Positions 12,401 to 24,700 of a DNA stretch of 64,000 nt are shown piece after piece. The notes beneath the pieces were generated by a model, which ran no database searches, was not told where the DNA came from, and was given only the letters and a program-made list of their open reading frames with translations. Position 1 is the stretch's first letter. The number at the start of each line of letters is the position of its first letter. A program made the position numbers and the translations under genes. The stretch lies in the NCBI GenBank assembly GCA_964188305.1, contig OZ076888.1; one strand, written 5' to 3'. The stretch is from Podarcis bocagei (Eukaryota).

Positions 12401-15400
12401 AACACTTTCTGAAGTCCTCCTGCAATGCTACTCCCTCCTTCAAGAGCGGGAAGGTAGGGCATATGGGCTCAGTCCTCACTCTTTTGCAACCATGGAGAGT
12501 GCTGCTTCAGGAGCTGGCCTCAGCATTCAAGGGATCATGCCCGAGGTAGTGATTAGCAGCAGGAGGTTAGGCAGGCAGGATTCAATGACTCAGTGGTTTT
12601 TGACACGCCATATGCTTCTTTGCTGAGTAACTGGGGTGAACTCAGGTTTATTGAAAGCTCTAACTTTCTGTTAGAAAGCAGTTAAATGTTTGGAAGAGAG
12701 CGAAGATGGAAGGCAATGCCTTACCGAAGCAGTAAGGAGTAACGTATTTTGTACTTTCAAGAGGATTATGGATTTTAGGGTGACACAGAGAGGGAGGGTT
12801 TGACTTAATGGTATGACTCTCCTGGAATACTGAGACTCCTGCCTCAGTTTTCCCAAATGTGTACAGTATAAGCTAGTTTCAGAGCCTTAGCAGTGCCCAT
12901 CACTGAGTGGCTTCGCAGGAACCTACTTACCATGCTGTGGTCCAGAGCTATGTGGGTAGCATATTCATTGTTAACTTTCAATAATCATAATCCTAATAAT
13001 ATCTGCAATCCCAAGAACACATGATTAGTGGCGGTCTGATCTATGGTTCTGCACCACAGAATGTCCTATGAGATGGGAGATCTTAAGTGTTCAGTTACCT
13101 TGCAGTTTCCCTTTCAGAATGTCCTCTTGCTGTTTCTTTGGTCATAGTGTTAGGCATTTTATGCTTGTGTGCAACCACTTATCGGTCATCAGATGAATTT
13201 TTTAAAATAGGTCTGAGGAGCCAAAAGTAGGGGGCGAATGCCTGTATTGCCAAGTGACCTGTGATAATTCTGCATTTTCCTTCATCCTTTCAAATCTGCT
13301 GAGGCTGATGTAGATGCCAATTTGCCCCATGGATATCTCTATTTGTGTTAGCTAAGCCCAACTACCACTATAGCCCTAGTTTCTGATAATGTTTGTCTGT
13401 TCCAGTGTCCCACCTGGTCTTGTTCTATGAGAACCGGCTGAAAGATCATCACCTGGTCATTTCTTCTGTGCTGCAGGGACTCAAAGCTCTGGTGAGAATT
13501 GTTTTCATGGTAGTCATTCTCGTTTATTCATTTCTGTGTTGCAACTTAATATAAAAGTATATGTATATGGTGCCCTAGATCTTGGTTAAAACCAAAACAT
13601 CATAACACAATAAAATTGGAGCAAAATATATTAAAGAAACAGAAATACAGAATGGATCACCTGATAAGATTATTACAAAGAAGCAAATAATTTTCATAAG
13701 AAGCCTTGCAGAAATAATCTAGCGATAGCAATCTATGACAAAACTGGGGACACTCTCTATTCATCTGCTCAGTGGTAGAAAATTGGGGTGCCCCAAGGAT
13801 AGCAGATTGACAGCTCTGGCTCATTTAACTGAGACCAGTGAAAGCTGCTGCAAGACAGGCTGATTAAGGTAGTAGGTGCTGGTGTAGAAAGAATCTTTTC
13901 TGAATCTACTTGGGATTTATAGGGATTAGTTAACAGTGAATTTCCCCCCTTTCTCTCTTAATGATTGGGTCACTGTCACACTGATTAAATGATGGGCTTC
14001 TTTTGTTTGTTTCCATTGCACTTACTGATAATATGCCATACAGGGCAGTCTGGGGCCTTAAACATGCTAACCGGTAGCCACCGTTACATGTAGATGGGTA
14101 CTGAGTTGTTACCATTACTTTCCTTGTCTCTAGAGTATGTGTGTGGCGTTGGCTCCAGGTCTGGCAGTGTCTGTTCTCAAGGCCATTTTCCAGGAGGTTC
14201 ATGTCCAGGTAAGTCAGAGAAGCCTTGATAGACTTTCTAATTTTGCCTTTGCGTTCCACATCCATGCTTCAGCCTTTCTGTTCTCATTCTTCTTCTTATT
14301 ATTATTAAACTAGTTCCTGAAGTATCCTGTACCTCCTGTGGTCCCTCTTGGTGGACAATACACAGTAGTTCTCTTGGCTAAGACCTGCTCATCGATATTT
14401 TCTTGCTGTCAAGAGAATTGAAGCACTGGATCATGGCAGAAGTTCGGAGAATCATATCCTCCGCTCTTTGACACTGTCTAAACGATATTAGAAAATCTGA
14501 GACTTGGTGGTTTTATGGCTGTATTACTGATATTTTGTAATGGGCCGTTGTTGTAAGTCATCTTGGATGGTCATTGCCCAGAAAGGCAGGCTAGAAATAG
14601 TTCTTGAATAAATAAATAAAACTATGAAACACGGCCTGGGGGAATAGTGCACCGGAGTTGGATATAGGTTCAAATTTATCATGACTTGTTAAGTTGCCTT
14701 TGGCAAGTAACTATATTAGCTGCCATTCTTTACCAACTCCCCACTGCCTTTATTAATAACCTTATTTGAAAGAGTAGTTGGGTGGGTGGACAAGATGAGA
14801 TTGTGGCAACTTCTCTGAGCCTTGAGTAATTAAATATAAAAGGAGTAGACACATGTATCCTTTGTATGTGGTAATGTATGCAAATTCTGCTGTGAAATAC
14901 CTCTAGTTCCGATGTGAATGTGTATATCTTGATTTTTACATGGGACATTAAGGGAATTGGAGATACTCTCAGCAAGACTAAAAATAAAGGTAGAGAGGAT
15001 GTTATGGAAGGTCCTGGCCTTCAGCTGGGTGTGTGTAAATTTCTGACTTGCCTGCAGTATCTTAATTGTCTTTCTGGCAAATTAGGCACCCAAATCTATG
15101 GACCAGAGTATGATAACATGAGCTGGAGAGGGATCATAACAAAAACATAAATCTCTTAAGGCTTGGAACAGGTTCACGTAATACTGCTTTATTTCCCAGC
15201 TATGCTTTTCTTATCTTCCAGTCTTTGCTGCAAGCGGATCGCCATACAATCTACAGTATCATTACTAACTTCATGAGCAGCCGAGAGGCAGGTGAGATGG
15301 ATGGCTGTGGAAGGGGCTGAGTCGGACACCCTGCTGGAAAACCCTGGGAATTTCCTTACCTGATGCTTTTTCCTGCAGAACTGAAAGGACTGGGTGCCGA

Positions 15401-15733
15401 TTTCACCTTCGGGTTCATCCAGGTGATGGATGGAGAGAAGGACCCACGCAACCTGTTAATAGCCTTCCAGATTGTACGAGACATCATTGTGAAGGGCTAT
15501 GCATTGGGTATGTCCAAGGCCTTGGCAGTGTGGGGAAGCCCATGTTGGCAGTGGTTGGTTGGTTTGTTAAACTTCTTATCATGCCTGCGGTGTGTGAGGA
15601 TGCAGGCTGAATGGGGAGCTTGTTAAAGTGTGCATAGCTTTGGAATCATTGAACATAGAACCACAGGTTATATCTGCTGTTGAGGCCATGGAACACATAC
15701 ACTCTCTTTCTCTTTCTCTCTTTCTCTTTCTCT

Positions 15734-15767
<34 letters not shown>

Positions 15768-18700
15768 TGGTGACCTGTGAGAATGGTAGCACTAAATAGG
15801 ATGCAAATAAATAGTCCATGTCCAGACTTGTGACTAACTGTTTTGGTCACTCAAAGAACTCATACTGCTGTCTTCACCTCTCAGGGCCCTTCGCAGAGGA
15901 GTTGTTTGAGGTGACTTCCTGCTACTTCCCCATCGACTTTACCCCTGTGAGTGAGTAAATCTGGTGCTTTGTCCCTCCTTCACAATGCTTTGGATATGGG
16001 TGTTGGAGCAGGATAGTTTGTGTAATGCCTGGAACTGGGGGTGTCCCTATGGAGATGGGGTTTATTCAGTACATTCATGTCTAAATCTTTCGATTTTGCT
16101 TCTGTTCCAGCCCTCCAATGATCCTCATGGAATCCAGAGAGAAGACTTGATCATCAGCCTGCGGGCAGTGCTGACCTCCACTCCCATTTTTGCTGAGGTA
16201 GGGCCATTGTGTATCATGGCTGAAGTCTGTTTTCTGTGCCCTGTGGGTTCTTCCTGAGACCCTGTAGCAGAGTTGGTCCCCATCCTGATACACCATGTTG
16301 AGCAATAATACATTGACAGAGTTGGGGTGGACTTCTTCTTCTTCTTCTTCTTCTTATTATTATTATACATACATACATACATGCACTGCCCATCTGGCTG
16401 AGTTTCCTCAGCCACTCTGAGCAGCTCCCAACAGAATTAAAAGCACAATAAAACATCAAACATTAAAAACTTCCTTTACTGGGGCCCATAATGCAGCCAT
16501 TTGTAATAGTTTATCCTCATCAACAGAAGATGTTGCTGTAGTGGTGCACAACAATTTGGATCCTAAAAAGCCATCTATGAATATATAGGTGTTGGGGAAG
16601 GGAACATTGATTGCAGATCTTCCCTCCCCCTTGCACCACCTTTCATGCTGCTCTGGACAAGATTTTTGAAGGGCAAAGCGGGTGCAAGGTGAAAATTCCT
16701 CCTTCTCTTGATGGGAGCATCACATTGTCAGAACCTTCATTAGGATAAGCCAATGCATTTATTCCCAGAACAAGCATACTGTAGAGATAATTTTGCCCTT
16801 AACTTTGAGACTTCAGTCTATTGCAGATATATGAGTTGGGGAGTAAATTTACTCTCTGGTCCTTTTGCATTTCCCAACACTGATCTTTCAAACTGCTACT
16901 ACCATCAGACTTTGGACAGAGGGCTTGATTTATAGATATAAATAAATATTTGCTTTTTTTATTTAAAAAAGCTGGGATTAATGGCTCTCTGAAATGGCCC
17001 ATATGCTACACAAATTGCTGCCGTGGTAGGTATATTTTGCCCCTCATAGAATTAGAATAAAGTCAGAAGTTTATGAAACTGCTGGAGCAATCTTAACCCT
17101 GGCCAGGCAGCAGTGGGCAGAGCTGAAGCACCTGAGCATCATATCCAAAGCCCTGCCAGGCAAAAGGTGGGGAGTGTTTTTTCCTCATTTTTTGCTACAC
17201 TAGTTCCAGGCAGGTGCAGCTGAGAGCCTGATGATCCTCTCAGAGCTTTCCAGTGGCTACTGCCAGCAAAACCACCAGTGGTAGCTTCCTGCCTGCATGA
17301 GTGAATCTAGGCCCTCTACAATGATGGACACTCCCCTCTTGGCTAAGATGATAGCAGACTGTGCAGTATTCTAACACAAATACCCAGTCACCACCAAGGT
17401 GGCGTCAGTGGGGAGTATTGCATTGTGCTCTTTATATGGGTTTTACATTGTTTTGTGAGACCTCCTGGTCTGATCTTCTGAGGTATATTATAACCCCAAA
17501 TTATGCTGAGCAAAGTATATTGAGATTTCCAGGATCTTCTCTCCTTACAGTTCCTGATCCCATTGCTCATTGAGAAAATGGACTCTGACGTACAAAGTGC
17601 CAAGCTGGACTCCCTGCAAACCTTGGTAAGAGCACTGAGCAAAGGTATCGAGGCTCCGCAGTAGGTTGCCATGCAGCCCTCTCTGCTCCTGCAGCTTTCC
17701 TCAAAGCAAGCATGCACTTTTCTCTTTCCCCTGCACTGGGATTTATGTGCCCTTCAAGCTGATTTAAGGGGTGGCGGCGGTTCTGGTGCTGCTTCTAGGT
17801 AATGCAGCATCTTGACTGCAAATTAACAGCACACCCCAGATGACTCATGTCTGACTCTCTCCCCCCCCGCCCCCACCTTTCTTTCTTTTGCAGAATGCTG
17901 CCTGCATGATCTATGGGGAGAAGGAGCTGAAGGAGTTCCTACCCAGCCTTTGGTCATCCCTGCGCAGGGAGGTGAGAGGAGTGAGGATTCCCAAAGCAAG
18001 GTTGTTCTGGTGTCCTGTGAAAGTGCATCCATTACATTGTTCCTGCTCTCTGTGCCTGGGGACTGCTTGAAACATTATATACTGCATTGGCCTGAATATA
18101 AGCCTCACTTTCCCCCCCAAATTCCGACTGTGAAAAGTTAGAGTGTGGTTTAAATTTACATTCGTGACCTTACAAAAATTGGCTTTTACGATATTGCTGC
18201 TGAAACAGAAATATGGTAAAACAGAATGGGTGTGAGTGCATGCAGAATTTTAAGGGAGCGTCTTATATTCGGGTATTCCCCCCCCCCCTTTTCCCCCATT
18301 GAATTTTAAAGGTGCGGCTTATATTCATGTGCGACTTACATTCGGGCCAATACAGTAGTTTCATTACAGTGAATTATCAGGCTGTTGTAATATTTGATGG
18401 ACCTATAAAGAAGCAAATAACCCCCTTCCCCCCCTTTCATTATGATCACTGGCTGGATCACTGGATTACTTGCTGGATTGCGGGATCACTGACTGGATTA
18501 TTTGCAGGATTGTCTGCACTGTACAGCTGATTCCCCTCCTGCTCCTCAACAGGTGTTCCAGACAGCAAGCGAGAAGATTGAAGCAGAAGGTCTGTCTGCT
18601 TTGCGTGCTCTGTCAACATGTCTGTCCCGCTTGGTGCTCAGTTCCGATGATGAGGATCTTTTAGATTCCTTCCTTACAGGCATTCTGCAAGGTAACCTTT

Positions 18701-21700
18701 GGAGCAGCATCCCTTTCCTAGCATCTTTCCAGTCCTGTGAAAGACCTTCCATTTCTCATTCATAAACTGCTGCTTGGAGGAAATGACCACTTCCCCAAGG
18801 GAAAAATATCTTGTCATGCTGTTGCAGGCATGATTTGGCTTACAGGACTGGAGGGAAGGGGTGGAAACTGGAGCTGACTTGTGGGAAGGCAGCAAGTTTG
18901 AAACTGTTTGCAGTTTGCAAGCTGGTGGAATTAAGTAGTGCTATTTCTTGCTGGGATTTCTGCAGTGGCATTGGGAGTGATACTCTGTCTCCCAAGCGCT
19001 CTTACCTGTTTCAGATTGCAGACACCATCTTTGTGAGCCTGACATGAAGCTGGTGTGGCCAAGTGCCAAACTCTTGCAGGCGGCTGCAGGGGCCTCTTTG
19101 CGAGCCTATTACCGGATCACATACAGTGTACTTCCCTTGCTGGTGGAACAGTACACCAAGCATGAGCAGGTGAGAACAAATGGGAGCGGAATATGCTTGT
19201 GATGGAGAATAGTGAAAGGGGCTTAGGTGACTCCAATCTCATATTAAGGGACGTTTAGTGGCATATACCTGCCCCAGGCATATGCTTGGGCTCATATTCC
19301 ATGTAGGACAATGGCCTGCAGATCTTGTCTCTCCTTCTGTGTCTTAGTCCCTTCAACCCATCCTCTGCCCTTTTTGATCTCTTGTAGAGTAGCCAGCACA
19401 GGACAATCTTGGAAGTTCTGCTTGGTTTCTTGGAGCTGCGGCAACAGTGGGGGCCTGAGGAAGACGGTGAGATGGTCCTCCATTCTTCTTGTTTCCTACT
19501 AGCAAGGCTGCCCTTCTGCAGCATCCTGGGCTTCCAATGTTCCTGTCTTGCCCAGAGCAGTTGTTTGCAGAGAAGAGTCACCTTAATCTATGGGATTTAG
19601 CAATGGCCTGTCTGGGAAGGGGGGCGGGCAGTGAGATAGGTGCAGTAATAGGGAGAAGATAAATGCGGAGACAACAGAATTGAAAAACAAAGAGTTTGAC
19701 AGGATAGCTTCCCAGAAGAAATTCTAGCCCTTGTGGTTGGTGAGAGAAGTCTTAGAAAATGCATGCACAAGAGTTGGGTTCCAACTACAGCACACATTTA
19801 AAGCAGTATCATATCACCTTAAACAACAGATAGTTTGGAGATCAGTATTCCCCTCACAGAGCTAAAATTCCCAGAGTGGTTTAACAAGCAGTCCCTGTTC
19901 TAACAGTTCTCAGCACCCTTAACAAACTACAGTTCCCAGGATTCTTTGGGGGAAGCCATGACTGTTTAACGCGGCATGAGAGTGCTTTAAATGCAGTGCA
20001 ATTGGGACCCCAGCCAAATATTCCAGAACCAAAGTTTCTTTGAGCATGGCTTTCAGTGACCAAGTAGAAATGCTTTTTGCAGGATGACATGGTGACTGCA
20101 GTTGAGTAACCTTGGTGGGTGACTGCTCTTAATGAGCAATCCATCTGTGTTTTTTTCTTATCCAGGTACCAGTGCTGACCACTCAGAATTTTAGGAAGTT
20201 TCTCATTCCTTGCTATCTAAATTCTGATCACAATCCTCTCAGACTCCGGGTTAGAAAGTTAAAGCGCCCCTACCAAGGACCTTGTAATTTCTAGTGATTC
20301 GTGCCCAGGATGGTCAGTCTCATGACACTGCCTGTGTGCCTGTTTCTCTCCCTTGCAGACAAGAGTCCACTGCTTTGTTTCAAAGATGCCCTGTGTTCCG
20401 TGGTGTTCTCTGCACTTTCTGAGTCCAGTGTACAACTTCAGTTGGTTGGCATCCGGGTTCTGACCTTTCTAGGATCACTGCAAGGTATGTGTTGATCTGT
20501 GGGTTACTCCCAGGAGTCATGGAAGAATTACAGCTTGTTTAGAGATTTTCCCCTTGGTGTGCATTCCTTTACAGATCCATCTAGCGTGCACACAGACCTG
20601 TTTCCATCATGTGTGTGCAGCCAGACAGCTGGACTTGAATCAGATTAGGTACTGTCCCACCCCACCTTGCATAACTTGGACTATATGGGCTGCAGGCAGC
20701 CTCTAGGAAGTGGAATGCAATACAGTGGTGCCCCGCAAGATGAAATTAATTCGTTCCGCAATTTTTGCCATCTAGCGAATTTTCCGTCTTGCGAAGCACG
20801 GTTTAAACGGCTTAACAAAGTCGCAAGACGTTTTCGTCTTGCGAAGCAAGCCCATAGGGAAATTTGTCTTGCGAGGCAAATCGCGGACGAAAAAACCTTT
20901 CGTCTAGCGAGTTTTTTGTCTTGCGAGGCATTCGTCTTGCGAGGTACCACTGTATAGTAAAACTGGCAATGATAGCAGAGTGTTACTACCAGAGAAAGGA
21001 AAGGCTTTGAACTTCAGTCTCTCTTCCGTTTCAGGGCTCCTGACCCTCTCAGATGTGGAGATGTTTGTGGATCACCTTACAAAGTTAATCTTGCATGAGG
21101 ACGATTCCCAGACCAGGTGAGGGGTGGAAACAAAGCTGGACCCTGTGGGTGCAAGGGAAACAGCAGGCATTGTTGAACTTCTCAGAATTGTCTTTGGGCT
21201 TATCTCTTTCTAAATATTGAAAATGTTTACATTATTTTAGTCCACTACCTATAAATGGCAAATGACAAGGTTTCTAACACAGTCTCATGAATTACTCATT
21301 TCTTAATCCAAAATTCTGCTTCTGTTTGGTGTTGTTAAGGTTTGCATCTGTTAAGGTTTGCATGTGTTTTAATTAAGAAAAGGGCTTTAATAATACTGCT
21401 TTTATGATCTTTTTTCAATCTTAAGTTTTGTACTAAAACATCCTTTGGTTTATCATGCTTTGTTCTAATGTGTGAATAGAGCTCATATCCTCATTCTCTT
21501 AGCACAGATTCATTTCAGACTGAACCCAATAGTGTAGTTAAACATTCTTCCATAAAAATGTCCCTCATAGTGTAATATTCTTTAAATCCTTTTTTTTAAA
21601 AAAAAAATGTCTAGCTTGGTAACATCCTGTTGTTTGTTTTAAGATTTCAAGTGCTGTATCTTTTCCTCTGGCCTCTGCGTTTCCTATTCAGTGCGCAGTG

Positions 21701-24700
21701 CATCCAAACCTGCGAGTCACAGGACAGTTCCCAAACAAATCCAGTGATACCTTTTCATAGTTTCTATAGTGATGTGAGAATCCCACTCTCTTCTGATAAG
21801 TTCTTAGATGAACCCGGGTAGAGTGAGCTTAACAAAACCTGGGCAGTCTGCATCGCTGTCTAAGCTGCGTTCTTGTCCAAAGAGCTCTTGTAATCAAGGG
21901 AACATATTTATAAAATGTAGTGCACACACAGCTCAATATTACAATTATAAAATTAGATTACCACAGAAAGATCTGTGAGTTGCTTTACGGTATTGAGTGG
22001 CCAACAAGTTCATCCATCTTTGCACACTCCTTTATCCCTGCAGCATGGTAGCTATGGAGGCGGCTGGACGCCTGGCTCCCCTCTATCCACAAGCCTTCAG
22101 CAAGTGCTTGGTTCAGAAGTTCTCAGAAGGGCTGCAATCAGGTACAGCATGCAAGTTGGGCGGGTTGTGGGGAAGTGGGTGTCCTCTCTTAGGCTGCCTT
22201 TACTAAGCATTTGTGCAGAAGTTCACAGCGTCTATCCCTGAGTGCTAGCAGCATTGTAGGCAGAGCCATTGCAGGGGGCTTTGACTTGAATCTGCCCGGT
22301 CTCTCTGCCTTGAGGAATGTGAGTAAGGCCAAACGGGCAGACGGATAGGTTAGTTCCAGGTCCAAGAATCAACCATTCCCAAATCCATGTTCATGTGGAG
22401 GGGTGGAAGGCGGTACCTCCATGGCCCTGTCCCTAGGGACAAATTCATTGACTAGCTCTTGTGTTCTGTGTGCTGTTTCAGAGCTTCAGGAGGACAGCAA
22501 TCCATCCCAGCAGGAACGTCGCCTGCAGGCTCTAGCAGCTGTGTCCACGCACCCTAGTATAGTGAGGGAAACAGTTCCAGTCCTCCTGCAGCACTTCCAG
22601 CAGATTCAGCAAGGTAGTGTAAGAATTGTATGTGATAAACTATTGATACTTCGGAAGCGAGGAGCCTAGCCCAGTGCTTGGGACAGCAATAACAGAAGGG
22701 CTCAGCATATGTGTATCATTAATAGGATGTGTAAGATTGGGAAGGGCTGGAGCTCAGTAGTAGAGCGTCTGCTAAACATGGAGAAGGCCTCAGGTTCAAT
22801 CCCTGCCATCTCCAGAAAAGACTGGATAGCTCAGTTGGTTAGAGCGTGGTGCTGATAATGGCAAGGTTTCAGGTTCGATCCCTGTATGGGACAGCTGCCT
22901 ATTCCTGCATTGCAGGGGGTTGGACTAGATGATCCCCAGGGTCCCTTCCAACCCTACAATTTATGTTTCCATGACTTCCTGTCTGAAACACTTAAGAGCC
23001 ACTGCCAGTCAGTGCAGGCAGCTCTGAGTTAAGTGGACCCAGGAGCCTGACTCCTTGTAAGGCCGAGCTTCCTTGTTCCTATGGAAGGGGTTAGTAGAGA
23101 GCTGTTAGTACACTGAGCCTTGGTAACCTTTAGGTGCCTACAGTCCCATAATTCTGTCATTAGCAGGAGAAGTACAGCTTGTTGTTGGAAGCCTAGGACC
23201 ATCAGTCTTTGACTGTTTTGGCCCATAACCCATTTCTGACACAATGTGATGCCTTTAAATGGCCCTGGTGATAATGTATTAGTATTTTTTTAAAAAAGAA
23301 AAACACCTTGGAACCGGTAACCTCCACCCTGAATGCTCTTTTGATTTTTTATTTTGCAGAGAGTATACCTGCAGATACCCACTCTGTGGTGTCTGTGTGC
23401 CAGAGTCTGCAGCAGGTAGCATTCCAGTGCCAGCAAGATGCTCAGAGTTACTGGTACTTCCACCAGGCTGTGGTGCCCTGCTTGGTGGGCTTAGCAGTCA
23501 AGGCTGCAATGCAAGGTAAGGTGGGGAGATGAGCACAGACCCTGTGCTCCCCAAACCAGGCCAGTACCCATAGCTCAGGTGGGGTTCTGTATACTTTCAA
23601 ACCTTGAGAGAAAGGGAGGTACCTTTCCCTTGTGCTGGGCTGGCCTTTACCCACTTGGGGCCAATCTCAGAGTGCCTGTCAGGTGTCCATTATGCAGGTG
23701 GCAAACTGAAAGGCAGCTGATGGGATTCCAGGAACTGTCTCCATCCCCTCACATTTATTCCCCCCCCCCTTTTCATGACTATTTTCAGAGAATTCCCATA
23801 CATTGCCAAGCAGTGTGCTGCTGAAGGAAGAAGCCTTATCAGCCATGGTATCGGTCATCAGCAGTGCGTGTACGCACTTAAGACCAGAGTGAGTAGCAGC
23901 TGCTGCCATCCTGTGATCTCTGTCCCTGCAGAGTGACAAGTGCTTTTGGATAAGGTCAGGTTCTAGCATAACTCCACGAACAGAAGTGCAGGCAGTCTCC
24001 CCTTACCCTCCTTGGTGTTTTTATACTACTGTCAAGGAAATGAAACAATTATCTGTCAAGGAAATGAAACAACTATCTTGACTTTTAGAAAACATCTGAA
24101 GGAGGCCCTGTATAGGGAAGTTTTTAATGTTTGATGTTTTAATTTGTTGGAAGCTGCCCAGAGTGGCTGGGGCAACGGAGTCAGATGGGCAGCATATAAA
24201 TAATGAATTATGTGATGTAAACCAGTGTTCTTGTTTCTTCTTCCTGGCAGGCAGGCTGCCCAGAGTGTCTCCAAAGTGGTTCCCCTCTTCTTGGATGGAG
24301 AGCTTTCCTTCCAACCTGGAAACACCTTTCCCAGCACGTTCCAGCCCTTCCAGGTATCTTGCATGAGTGAGGCGCTGCTGCTGCTGCTGCGTATAGGGAA
24401 ATGTGGCCAGAGACTTTGGTAGTGGAAACAATATTTCTTTTCCTTTATAGGACGGGCAGTGTCTGATGGCAGCCCAGAGAAGGCTTGTTGCTCTCCTCAT
24501 GGCCTTTGTCTGCTCACTGCCAAGGAATGTGAGTCCTGGGGAAGATTTGGTGGGGCGGGGGGAGGCTGCCTCATGGCTGAGAGAATGGATCTATCCATCC
24601 TGCCTTGTGTGTCTGATCCCTAGGCAAGTGATGCTGGGAACCAGCAGCTTGAAGCTCTGCTGTTGCCTCCATGCCTCCCCACGCTCTGGCTTCCTTTCAG

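Noticed and set aside
22824-22895. tRNA-like gene (also ~26166, ~41243, ~22745, ~12160)
   Set aside because: Degenerate cloverleaf fused to LINE-derived tails and present in several diverged copies; these are SINE heads, not functional tRNAs.
24354-24450. MMS19 intron 21 donor GTATCTTG resembling a U12 donor
   Set aside because: It lacks the CC of GTATCCTT, has no CCTTAAC branch site at a suitable distance, and has a normal polypyrimidine tract, so it is treated as U2.
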